IMG/VR virus record: IMGVR_UViG_3300035113_000077
Location: 34,651 to 98,650 of that record
DNA length: 64,000 bases
Direction: 5' to 3' (one strand)
From: a virus
Below the pieces are notes generated by a model. The model was not told the DNA's origin, did no database searches, and saw nothing but the letters and a program-made list of their open reading frames with translations. Made by a program: the position numbers and the translations under genes. Shown piece after piece: positions 10,013 to 20,900 of this stretch (its first letter is position 1; each line of letters opens with the position of its first letter).

Positions 10013-10616
10013 TTCCCTCCTTGGTTGCGCTCTCCGGGGATGGAACGGGGCTGGGTTCTTCTTCAGGAAGGACTTCAAGGTATCCCGAAAACCCCCATGA
10101 TGGTTTCTGTTTTGGCTTCGGCCCCTGCCCCTGTGCGCCGTATCCGTGCTGGCGCAGAATGGCTGTAACTTCAGAAATGCGAGTGTGTTCTGGAGTTTCT
10201 TCAAACACTTGGTAATATTTGTCAATCTCCCTCGCCACTTCCTCTACCGGGGCGCTCTGGGCCGCAAGTCTCTTTCCGTATGCGCGTATCCAGTCCCAAT
10301 CTGGATTACACGGACAATGTTCAACAATAGTTCCGTCTGGCTTAACGATATTCGCCATCACGTTGTAATTGGCTCCGCAAATACCAATGCTTTGACAGTC
10401 AAACTCTTCACCGCATCTCATACAACGATGTTTGTGCTTTCTCGCCCGTGCAGTAATTTCTGTTATATCGCTTTTATTAGTTTGACAATCTTCAGCTACA
10501 TGACCAATATGAGAAAGAATTTCTTTGCGAATTATTACAGCACGTTTATGAGCTTTAAGATTCCATGATCCAATATCCAAAAGTTCATCAAGCAATTCTT
10601 TGACTTTCATTTCCAA
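9984..10616 (-). CDS. hypothetical protein with Cys cluster
   Basis: HRCMRC..C..IC..HCPC; mosaic GC content. Confidence 0.55.
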   Translation of the reverse strand: MEMKVKELLDELLDIGSWNLKAHKRAVIIRKEILSHIGHVAEDCQTNKSDITEITARARKHKHRCMRCGEEFDCQSIGICGANYNVMANIVKPDGTIVEHCPCNPDWDWIRAYGKRLAAQSAPVEEVAREIDKYYQVFEETPEHTRISEVTAILRQHGYGAQGQGPKPKQKPSWGFSGYLEVLPEEEPSPVPSPESATKEGNEHSQRNFS

Positions 10617-11919
10617 TTCCTTCCTGTGAGAACACAGCTAATAGCAATAGCTTTACTGCTTCCAGTAAATTGACCTTCACTAAGAATTGTGCAATTCTCT
10701 TCAATTCCACTATCCTTGTCATGAAGGATAATAGCTCCAACTTGATCAGAAAGTTTCTGTACATATAAAACTTCTATTCTTTCAGGAGCACTAGCTTTTA
10801 CTTTATCTACTTTATCATTGTTGTCATCAATTATAGCTAATGTTAACAGCACCAAAATTAAAATTACAAAAAATATCTGTTTTGAAAATTTTCATTCATT
10901 TCAGTTTTCTCTTTCTGCTATCAATGTAACTTTATGCTTAGCTGAACCAAACTTCCCAATTCCAAAATTCTTCATCACTCCAGTAAATGCTAGTGGCTCT
11001 GATCTATATTTTGTCTGCTGAGTAATCATCAGTTCCACTACAGCTTTAGGTGGAAGCCTCTTCAGATACTTAATTAATTTCCTCACTGATAATGGTCTAT
11101 TTCTCTTTTGAGTTTCTTTACTTATTTTTTCAATTACTCTAGAATATTCAACTAGAAAATTATCTTCTCTTTTAATCTTCATCTTGTTTTATCTCTGACT
11201 TCTTCAACAAGCTAACAACTTTCTCTACATTAGATGTTGCAGCTTTAATCTCACTAGACTTTTTATTTGCCTGTTTAATTATCTCTGCAATCAATTCGTC
11301 TAATTGATCTGATAATTGAATTCTAATATTACGACTACAGTCATTCAATGGAGTTATTGAATTTAGTGATTCTACATAGATTCTCCATTTACCATTGTGT
11401 TTTTTATAGACTAAATATAATTCAGATAGCTTTGTTGGAATACTAGCTTCTACTCCAAAGTGTTTCTGAGCTAGAATTTCTTCTAAATCTAAAATTGCTT
11501 TTCTTAATTGATCACTTGCTTCATTTATACTTCTAGCTGCTTCTTCAAAATCTTTTTCATAAAACTGCATTTTTCTTTTCCTACTTAATTTCATTTAACT
11601 TATTGATTTCAGCAACAGCTAATCCTAGCTTATATCCTGCATAAAAAATATCAACTAATGAATCTCTAATTGGCAATTCTTCTATAAACTTCAATTTATC
11701 TTCCGATGATTGTGAACTTAAATCTTTTGGCATCAATAGCATTCCAAGTAAGCTAATCATCCCTGTTGCTTGGATTATAGCTTTAAACTTTTCACTGTTG
11801 ATTAATGCTTTGACTATTAATTGAAAATCTTCTCCATTTTTAATTCCAAAATTTGTTTTGCTGTACTGATGCATTTTAACTAAAATTTCATCAATCTGAA
11901 CTGCTGATATCTCTACCAT
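10607..11919 (-). CDS. four small coupled hypothetical genes (10607-~10895 membrane-anchored, 10901-11182, 11172-11594, 11581-11919)
   Basis: Tightly packed or overlapping minus-strand ORFs; no family recognised. Confidence 0.5.
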
Positions 11920-11932
11920 TTCTTTTCTCCTA

Positions 11933-12065
11933 TTTACATATACATTATGTATTATGAATAACGGTTATATGTAACATATACATATACGTTTATTAGTTAT
12001 TAACTATAGCTCTATAACTTAAGTTATGATCTTATACTACTTCGTAGTATAAGAAAGAACTTTCT
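11933..12065. repeat. AT-rich, palindrome-dense intergenic element (candidate origin or regulatory site)
   Basis: ATAACTTAAGTTAT palindrome, CTTATACTAC-TTC-GTAGTATAAG hairpin, AGAAAG-AA-CTTTCT, repeated ACATATACAT. Confidence 0.5.
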
Positions 12066-13016
12066 ACTTGAACTCTGGATTTCCAGCACACATAAACTTT
12101 CTTTCCAGAGATGATAACTTTTGTTTACTAGTCTTAACCCATCTACCCTTCGGAGAGAATTTTGTGTAAATCACTGATTTATTTCTCTTTAAATAAAACA
12201 CTGGTAGTGGTTCGTTGGATTTGAATGTAGTCTGTTTATCTTTCCAGATAACTTTCTTTTTTCTTGTAGCTTTAATTCCAATAGCTCTCTGGTTTCTTTT
12301 AATTTTACGTTTCTTAGCTTTATCTTTATCTTCACACTTACTACAAATTGTTTTTCTACCTTCTACTGTATTTTTACATTTCAATCGTCTACATCTAAAG
12401 ATATCACCTTTACTAAAATGAAATCTATCGAAACACTTTTGTGGTTGAAATCTCTCTGGTAGTTGTTTTCTATCATCTTTGGTTCCACCACAAGTTGGAC
12501 ATTTATCTTTTTTCATATGGTCTCACCAAAGAAGTCTTTAATTTTATCTTTGCACGGAAGACAAATTGTCAATGTAACTTCTTCACCAAATTGAATTAGT
12601 GTAAATGCACCTTGATCTATGGTGTTCTTACAAAATACATTTGCACACCTAGTCTGTAACCATCCAGATTTTATAGGCTTATCAGCTTTAATTTTTTGTT
12701 TTTTCATTGTGACCATTACTCCAATTTAATTCCACTTTTGTAGTTCAGAGTGCTCTGTACCTTCAGAAGCTCTTTCACCATTTTTAATACGTTTCAAAGC
12801 ATCTTCTAAAAGAAGAATCGCACAATTTTTACAAAGCTCAGCTTCCCTTAATTTTCCATTATTATGAACTCCACTATTGTTTTGTATTCTCACGTGAAGT
12901 CTTTCCCAACAACTTCCCTCTGATAAAGATGTTACAATATCAATTGAGTTACTATACGTTTTCAATTTTTTATTACATTTATCACAATTATACGTTCTAC
13001 TAATTAATGTTGACAT
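12064..13016 (-). CDS. three small Cys-rich (Zn-finger) hypothetical genes (12064-12516, 12513-12716, 12726-13016)
   Basis: Paired CxxC motifs in each. Confidence 0.55.
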
Positions 13017-13052
13017 TATTGTTCACCTAATATATTATACAGAAAGTGACAT

Positions 13053-14546
13053 TTATTTTATGATTTGTTTAAGTTTCCGTTCTGCCTTTTCGTATAGGTG
13101 TTTTGACCAGTGTTTATTATGCAGGTAATCATTAGGTATTCTGATGATTGGGATTCCTACTTGCTTGAACGTTTTTCTACGTTGTTCAGCTGCTTCTTCA
13201 AATCGATTATATTTGTCCGCGATGTCGAAATAAATAAGTCCTTTTTTCTTCTTATGCCTACGAACACCGCGCCCAAATTTTTGGATTGCATCCTCTTGAC
13301 TTTTCTTAGCCGCACCATCAATTACAACATCTAGTCTACTGATGTCAATGCCTTTCTTAAAAACGGTGTTTGCTATGATGAGCTTACACTCTCCAGCATT
13401 CATATCTTGAGCAGCTTCGAATCTTTCTTTGGCATGAATTTTTCCATAGGCAAGTTGATGCGGAAAGTGCTTAAGTCTACGAGATAAGTCTTCTAAATGA
13501 GAAACTCTTTCCACTAATAGTACAATATGCTTTTTACGTTTGATTCCTTCTTTAATAAGTCTATAAATAATTTCATTTCTTTTATCGCAATCTACAATTA
13601 GTTCATTATAATCCCTCTGATACTGTTTTAGTCTAGCCCAACGACCCATTCTTCCTCTACGTTTTTCTTTCTGATGATTGTGATTTACTTGAACTACTAC
13701 TCCAAAATCAAGAACTCCCTCTTCTTGACCTCTCTTCAGTGGATAAGAATACACAACTGGCCCACACAATGAATATGCTTTCATCCTAATGTGCTTTTTC
13801 TTTATAGCTAAAGTGGCAGTCAATCCAAATATGCAAGGAGCTTTAATTGCAGCGGTTGTTCTAAACGCTCTTTTGTTCATTGCAAGATGCACTTCATCTA
13901 CAATGATAACACTAAGAGTTTTTGTCCATTTTCTAAATTCTTTGTTGTTACGATACTTATCCATTGTCTGGATAGTAGCTACAGTTATTCTTCTTGGCTT
14001 AAACTTGGAATTGCCAACTATTCCAATCTTTTCACCTAACGTGGCTGCCAACGATGCTCTTGTCTGTTTTAATAGCGTTAGTTCATCTACTATAAATACT
14101 CCACTTCCTTCTAGCCATGAGAAAAACATTCCAGCTATTCTTGTCTTGCCTGTCCCGGTCGCATTTAAGACGAGACCACCCCCTTGCTCTGAAGTCTCCA
14201 ACATGGATTTCAAGCAATCGTTTTGAAATAGCCATTTTTTCTCCTTAGAAGTTTCTCCAGTTCTATTAAAGAACACTGGATCCAAGTCTGTTTCAACTTT
14301 AAATTTTATCTTTGTCTTTTTAGTTAGGTCTTCATGGATAGCACGAAAAAGACCTGCTGGAATTGAATCGTCTCTCTCATCCAGCAGGTTAACGTAACCG
14401 TCCCAATCAGTGTACCTATAAGCAGGAGTGAATTGATAGTTTTTTGGTCTGAAGCGAAGTAGTGGTTTTAGTAGCTTACGTTTTCTTTTACTAAGACTTA
14501 AATAGGATACACGATTGTTTAATAGGACGTCGCAAGTTCTTCCCAT
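13053..14546 (-). CDS. SF2 DNA helicase (UvsW/ResIII-like)
   Basis: ATGTGKT, DEVH, GLTAT, GIDI, QKFGRGVR. Confidence 0.92.
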   Translation of the reverse strand: MGRTCDVLLNNRVSYLSLSKRKRKLLKPLLRFRPKNYQFTPAYRYTDWDGYVNLLDERDDSIPAGLFRAIHEDLTKKTKIKFKVETDLDPVFFNRTGETSKEKKWLFQNDCLKSMLETSEQGGGLVLNATGTGKTRIAGMFFSWLEGSGVFIVDELTLLKQTRASLAATLGEKIGIVGNSKFKPRRITVATIQTMDKYRNNKEFRKWTKTLSVIIVDEVHLAMNKRAFRTTAAIKAPCIFGLTATLAIKKKHIRMKAYSLCGPVVYSYPLKRGQEEGVLDFGVVVQVNHNHQKEKRRGRMGRWARLKQYQRDYNELIVDCDKRNEIIYRLIKEGIKRKKHIVLLVERVSHLEDLSRRLKHFPHQLAYGKIHAKERFEAAQDMNAGECKLIIANTVFKKGIDISRLDVVIDGAAKKSQEDAIQKFGRGVRRHKKKKGLIYFDIADKYNRFEEAAEQRRKTFKQVGIPIIRIPNDYLHNKHWSKHLYEKAERKLKQIIK

Positions 14547-14551
14547 ATAAT

Positions 14552-14561
14552 ATTATACAGA
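14552..14561 (-). promoter_or_regulatory. TCTGTATAAT promoter motif (also 8459-8468, 13034-13043, 52839-52848, 61110-61119)
   Basis: Five identical 10-mers, all at gene boundaries on the coding strand. Confidence 0.6.
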
Positions 14562-14571
14562 TAGTAGCTAT

Positions 14572-14958
14572 TTATCTTTCAGGATGAAGAAACGAATGTC
14601 CTTTTCCTATTAATTTTGTAATTACATCCACTATCGTATCTGTTGGATTTAGCTTACAATAAACATCTAGTGAATCATAGTGACTTTGATGTTTTCCTTT
14701 ATTCTTTTTTGCTAAATGATTCTTCAATGTAATATTTTCCGATAATGATGGGTGCATTGCCACAGTATCATGGTCACCTAGTAATTGATTGAAAGCATAA
14801 TCTTCCAATTCAATCGTTCCAAAAATAACATTATTATCTATTCTAATCCAATTCACTCTAGAAATTCCTTCCAGTTTTCCTAGAATAGATTTCTGAGATT
14901 CATGGTGAGGGTCTTCATGACCTGTTAATGATTCCGAAAAATATCTTAGTCTAATCAT
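14572..14958 (-). CDS. hypothetical protein coupled to the tail gene
   Basis: ATGA overlap with the tail protein stop. Confidence 0.55.
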   Translation of the reverse strand: MIRLRYFSESLTGHEDPHHESQKSILGKLEGISRVNWIRIDNNVIFGTIELEDYAFNQLLGDHDTVAMHPSLSENITLKNHLAKKNKGKHQSHYDSLDVYCKLNPTDTIVDVITKLIGKGHSFLHPER

Positions 14959-17900
14959 TGCTTTGGCAAAACTCCATTGTGCGTTAATATACTTCCTGCA
15001 AACAATGTATGAATTGGCAACACTACTAGCTTAACTACTTTCTTAAATCCAAGATTTTCTACCGATTTAACATTTGATAGATTACCATCAATTGTAAACA
15101 ACTGTAAATCGCCAGTTAAATTCCAAGGGAGTATATAGCCAATAAATTTATTATCTTTCCAAATAGGTATCTCAGTGTAAATTGAGCAACTACCTTTTGA
15201 CCCATCTTCCAATTCAATCTTTACACAACGTTCTTGTCCAAAAACAATTGAATCTATTGTACTATGATGAATTGATCTATCTTCAGGATTCGCACCCTTT
15301 ATAAAGTGCTTCATAGTTACATCAGATCCAAGTATTTCTCCTTCTGATGTATGTAATATTTCATCAACTGGAATACATTTACTTCCACCACCAGTTCCAC
15401 CACCACTTGAAGGTGGACCAGCAGCTGGTGCTGCTGGAACATTAAATGTTAATGCAATTGTCGTTCCACCTAAAGCAATAAATCCATCAGTCTGACAAGC
15501 AATAGCATCGTTTGAACTAGCTGTTGTATGAGCTTCATTTACAAATTCTACAAGTGTTCCAGGTATTCTAGCTTTAACTCTTGGATAAAATAAATAGGGG
15601 GTTACTCCACCTTGTGACGATGTCAAAATTGTTCCAGTATCTAATGTACCACTAAGTATCGTTTGAAAAAATAAATCTGGAAAAGCTAAAATAAATGTAG
15701 GCCATGTAATTACTATTCTACCTGTAGCTATTCCCCCAGGCGATACTGCTGTAGCTGTATACGTAAATAATGGAGTAACTTGATTATCAAACGATGGTGG
15801 AATACTTCCCTGTCCACCAATAAATGATGAAGCAATTAAGTTTCCATAGGGAATGTATAGAATTGGGCTCCAAGGTCCATCACTAAAGAAATCAGTTCTT
15901 TTCGACCTAGCAAAGAAAGAATTTCCACTACCAATAATTGGAGCATGTACATTAAATGTCGGTGGCTGAGCCGAACCAGTTACACTAATAGCCCCTGTTG
16001 ATAAGAAATTTCCATCTGTTGAAATCTGTAACTGTGTTCTACGAATATCTCCTCGATTTAATTGATCTAAAAATAATACTAAAGCATTTGACAGTTTTTC
16101 TCCTAGTGTCATATTAGGAGCAGGTGGACTAGAAATTGGCACAATCGTTGCTTGACTGTAAGCCCACATTAAATTGAAGAAATACAAATAGAATAATCGC
16201 AAGACATTACCATTTCCTAGGTATAGTGTCGCAGCATTACCATATTCTAGCTGAGCACCCCACACATATAAAACTTGAGCACCTACAGCAATAGTAAATC
16301 TTGATCCAATGTATATTCTTAACTTACCACTAGGATTCGAGCCAAATGCACCAGAAAATGAAAATCTTTGCCATTGGTTTGTAACAGTTATTAGCTGATC
16401 AATAATATTAGTAGTCTGTGGTGAATCTTGAACTACTAATTCAGTTGTTATATTGGCTCCAGATGTTTTCAACCAAACTGATACTGTAAAAGTTTTATTA
16501 GCTATTAATGGAGCTATTAATGATTGCTGAACTCCTGAATCTGCATTTGTTCCTTTAGGAGCTAAGTTTATTTGATCAGCAGTTAAAAATCCATTTGGAT
16601 CAAGAGTAGCATCTGGTGAAACAGTTGTTAAATAATTTACCTTAATTAAACTAACTGCTAAATAGAATACTGGTAAATCGCTTGGGAAAGTTATTGATCT
16701 AACTTTCTTTGTTGGATCTAAAGCATATTGATAATGATAGACATTTACTGCACCACCTAATGTGGTTGCAGCTTGAGTAGAATGAGCCATTGCCTTTGCT
16801 AATAGCTCATTTGCATTTCCACTAAACAATGTCCAAGCACTATATATTTGTGAAAATGTTGTCTGCGTTCCATCAACATAAGTTACTGTAATTAAGTCAG
16901 TTGTTGTTGGAGCTGCTCCTCCAAGTATTCTTAGTGAGTTATAATAATCTGGAACTACAGGAACAACTTGTCCTGTACCATACATTATATTCTGAGGTGG
17001 AAAACCACCAGCAGCAAAGCTAGATAATTTTGTTGATGGAGCAGCAACGCCTACTCCAAATATTCCAGGACTACCAGAAGAAATAGGAGTTGCATCTATA
17101 GCAGTAAGAACAACTACTCCATTTGTAATTCCAATAATTACATTTCCTTTTATTTCTATTTGCATCACGTCATTTAGTACAACTGGCCTATTAGTTGATG
17201 CAAATAGAATACCTGCTCCATTAACTATTCTAACAATATAAGTATTAGTTGTATCTCCATAATAAAAATAGCCATTTATTGATCCTAAAGGCCCACTTGC
17301 TCTAACACCTACACCCATATTGTTTGTATTTGTAGGAGCCACAGCAATTGTAGCTTGAGCAAATTGATCTGCTGGATAAGACTGATCTGTTCTTATTGCC
17401 AAAGCATGTGAATCAGCAGCTAGTGCTGTAACTGATACTTGTCCTCCTGCTACTGCAAATGTAGCCTCTACTACTGTCCAGTTTGCAGATAAAGCCCCAC
17501 CAGCAAATGCATCAGTAATAAAATTACTAGGTTGTGGTCCAAAAGCAAAAGATACTCCAGCAAAATTCAAAGATGTTCCCAATAAATTTGCAGAATAAGC
17601 TGCTGTTTGTAGTCCAGCACCAACTGGATTTCCTTGTAATGAATTATTAAAAGTTATTCCATCTTGAACTATTCCCTGAAAATTATACGGTAATGACAAA
17701 GCTACAGCACCACCAGTTACTGATGGGCCAGAAGACGTAGTCCAAAAATCAGTATTATCAAATTCTTCTGTTGCTTGGATATAATTTTTAACATTATAGT
17801 TATTTACATTAACATCATAGGTACTTGGTGATGTTCCAACTTCCAGTTGTGCTCCCCATGCAAATATTGCCTGTGCTCCAATTGCCTGTCCAAATGGTGA

Positions 17901-20900
17901 TCTTATCCAAACTCTAACTGAATTATTTGTTCCCGACCCCATTGTTCCACTAATAGAAAATCTTTTCCAAGTACTAGTAACTGTTTGTAATGCAGAAAAT
18001 CCACTTGTAAATGGTGAATCTTCAACAACCATTTCTATTGTTGCCGTACCCCCAGATGTTCTTAGCCAAGTAGAAAATGTAAATGAAGTTCCAGCAACTG
18101 GTAAAGGTTGACTTAGGTCTAAGCTAGGAATATTTACTACTTGAGATAATCCATCTAGTGTGTTTATTACTTTTCCGGGTATCTGTAATAAATCAGCATT
18201 TGTTGCTAAATTATTTGGATCTAGTGCTGCATTAGCTGAAACACTTACACTACCAAAATTTGCCCAAACAGGATTATCAAATTCTTCAGTAGACAATAAC
18301 AAATTAGGAGATACCCAAAACTGATTAGCTTTTAGTTTGATTAAATCCAGCTCCATATCTGTAGGAGTAGAAACTGGTTGTTGCGTTAGAATAGTTGCAT
18401 TATCTGGGCCCCTTAGTTCTATTCCATAAATATTTCTTATGTCTCCATTGAAAAATCCTTTTATTCTAGATGAGTCAGCATATAAAAGTTGTGGTGAAGC
18501 TGGAGTAATTGGAGCATAGACTCTAAGTACTTTTGATCTACGAGAAATTAATCCACCAACATTTAGATTTCTATTTGTAAAAGTTCCCTGTAGTAATCTA
18601 AAGTACCAAGTTCCATCAAATCTAGTTCTAGGTAATGTAAATGTTCTAGTTTGAAATAAGCCCAAACGATCATTATTTGATATTCCCCAGCCAAAATTTG
18701 TTTGCCTTGCTTCTATAAATTGTCCTGCCGTTGGAATAAAGCCAGCATCAATATAAATATTAGAACTATCAAGTCCTAAGCTAGGTACTGGGCCACCTGA
18801 TAATGATACTAAATCTAGATCAGTAGTAAAAGCAGAGCCAACATTAGCTAATTGAATAGGAGTTGGCTGAACAGCTGTATCTTTTGGCATCAAAACCCCT
18901 TCAGGCTTTGGTACAAATGTTGCCAAAAGATTTTCTAGAAATTGAGTTGGTCCATAATTTAATGTTATATTAGCTTGCTCGGACATTAGTTCAATATACG
19001 AAATTGTTACTGAACTAACCATTACTTTAAGATTATTTATATTTCTTTTTGGAGCATTGATCGTAAAGAATAATCCAGGCCTTGGATAATCTTTATTTAC
19101 AAAGTCAAAGAAAATATCTCTAATTGGCCCATATGAACCCTGATAGATAGTATTCGTTCTATCTAGTAAAACAGCTTTTCCTGCTAGCTCACATTCTTCA
19201 CTAGATCTAGGTAATGGCTTAAAATCGGTCATAATTGTCATTCTATGACCATCATCACCTACAACAGAAGCTTCTTTTGCTATAGAAGTTGAATCTTGAA
19301 CCCTAGCTATAGCAGTTTTTGATTCCCAAGATTGCAAGCGTATTCGTGATCCTACTCCTGGTATCGAGTCACTATAGAATTGTAAAACACTACCAGTTCC
19401 ATCCGATGCTGAACCACCACCTCCTGATTGGCTATTTCCAATAGTAGCTATTTGTCGACCTAAGCCAAATCCTAATTCGTAGTCAAATAGACTTCCAACA
19501 TTATTTGGTAATAGTGGTAATAACCCACCTGATACACCTGATATTCCTGCAGCAGACAAACTAGCTTGTGGTGGATCAAAAATTTGTGTCCATTGAATGG
19601 TTAAATTAGCATTTTTAACATTATATAAAACGTATAAAGCAAACGCAGGAACGTTTTGATCTCTTAGTGTAAATCTAGTATCTGTAATTGGTGGCTGAAC
19701 GTTAACGAAACCAGGCTGCAACGGATTAGTGTTATTTAGATTTATATCTGATATTACCCATGTTATATCAGCTGTTGCACTATTTGTTCCACCAGAAATT
19801 ATAGCGCCGGTAAAACTCTTAAACGTAGAAGTGTATCTGTTAACAGATTGTCCATTAACAATTGTTCTAAGTATATAATAGTGATTCTGTTGAGTAATTA
19901 CTGGTGTTCCTACTAATTGACCTAATCTACGTGGTTGTATTTGTAAGCCAGACGTACCACTTACTGAACTAGCAACAGTAAATCCAGAAGCGGGTCTAAT
20001 ATCAAATCCAAACTCACATTGTCCAGAGCCATTTACTTCAGCAAAGGTATTTGCGTTATCATATACTCCACCGATTATTGCTCCAGAACAATTTCCAACA
20101 AAGAATATTTCTCCATGCTCCAGAACGATTTTTCTTCCTAAGTCTAATCCTGTTCTTAGATACTGATAGGTTTCTCCAAAATTATTGGTTCCTCCATTTA
20201 TATTCAAAGCACCTACAAGAGAAACAGAGTTTACTGGATCTTGTATCACCCATTTACTAGTGTCAACTGATCCAGATGACCAATCTTCTTTTAGTAATAG
20301 ATCAGTATCTGTTTGGAATCCAACATATCTAAGTGGAAAGTTTGTCTGAAAGCCATCTCCTACAAAGTAATCTTCATGGTTATCTGAAGCTTCAGCATCA
20401 CCAAGAACAAAGACATCATTCACCAGTGGAGTATCGAAAATAGTTGTCTTTAGTAAGGTAGGATCAAAAGTTTTCTGATTCTGAGTTTCATCATAAGTAA
20501 TAGGAAAAGCTTGATCTCCCCACGGCTTATAATATAAAACTTTATTTAGTATCTTTACTCTATATCTAAATTGATCAGCTAATTCTTTTGCCATTGCGAT
20601 CCAATTTTTATTTGGATCATATTCCATATAAGGAACTAAGTCACCGGAAGCAGTTTGAGAAGTAACATCGAAGTATCCTGGTGCTAGTACATTAGCTAAA
20701 TAGCCCAAGATTTGACCTGCACCCATATTTACAAATGGTGGCAAAATTGGAACAGCTTTTTGTCCTAATAAATACTCATCTCCTGTAGCTTGAATTAAAA
20801 ATCTATAGGTCTGAAAATTCATACTAGGAGTAGTAGAATTTAATCCAACAAAATCTTTTGGAATATCATTAGCTATAAAACCAGTAAACACATAGCGATT

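Noticed and set aside
9617-10225. 202-aa version of the Phd-like ORF, and the MRRNKM-extended starts at 49701 and 51075
   Set aside because: The extensions overlap upstream genes or run through the RBS; downstream ATGs have proper SD spacing
14976-15377. Canonical mobile intein in the tail gene
   Set aside because: No endonuclease domain, +1 residue is Gly, and only 6 residues follow
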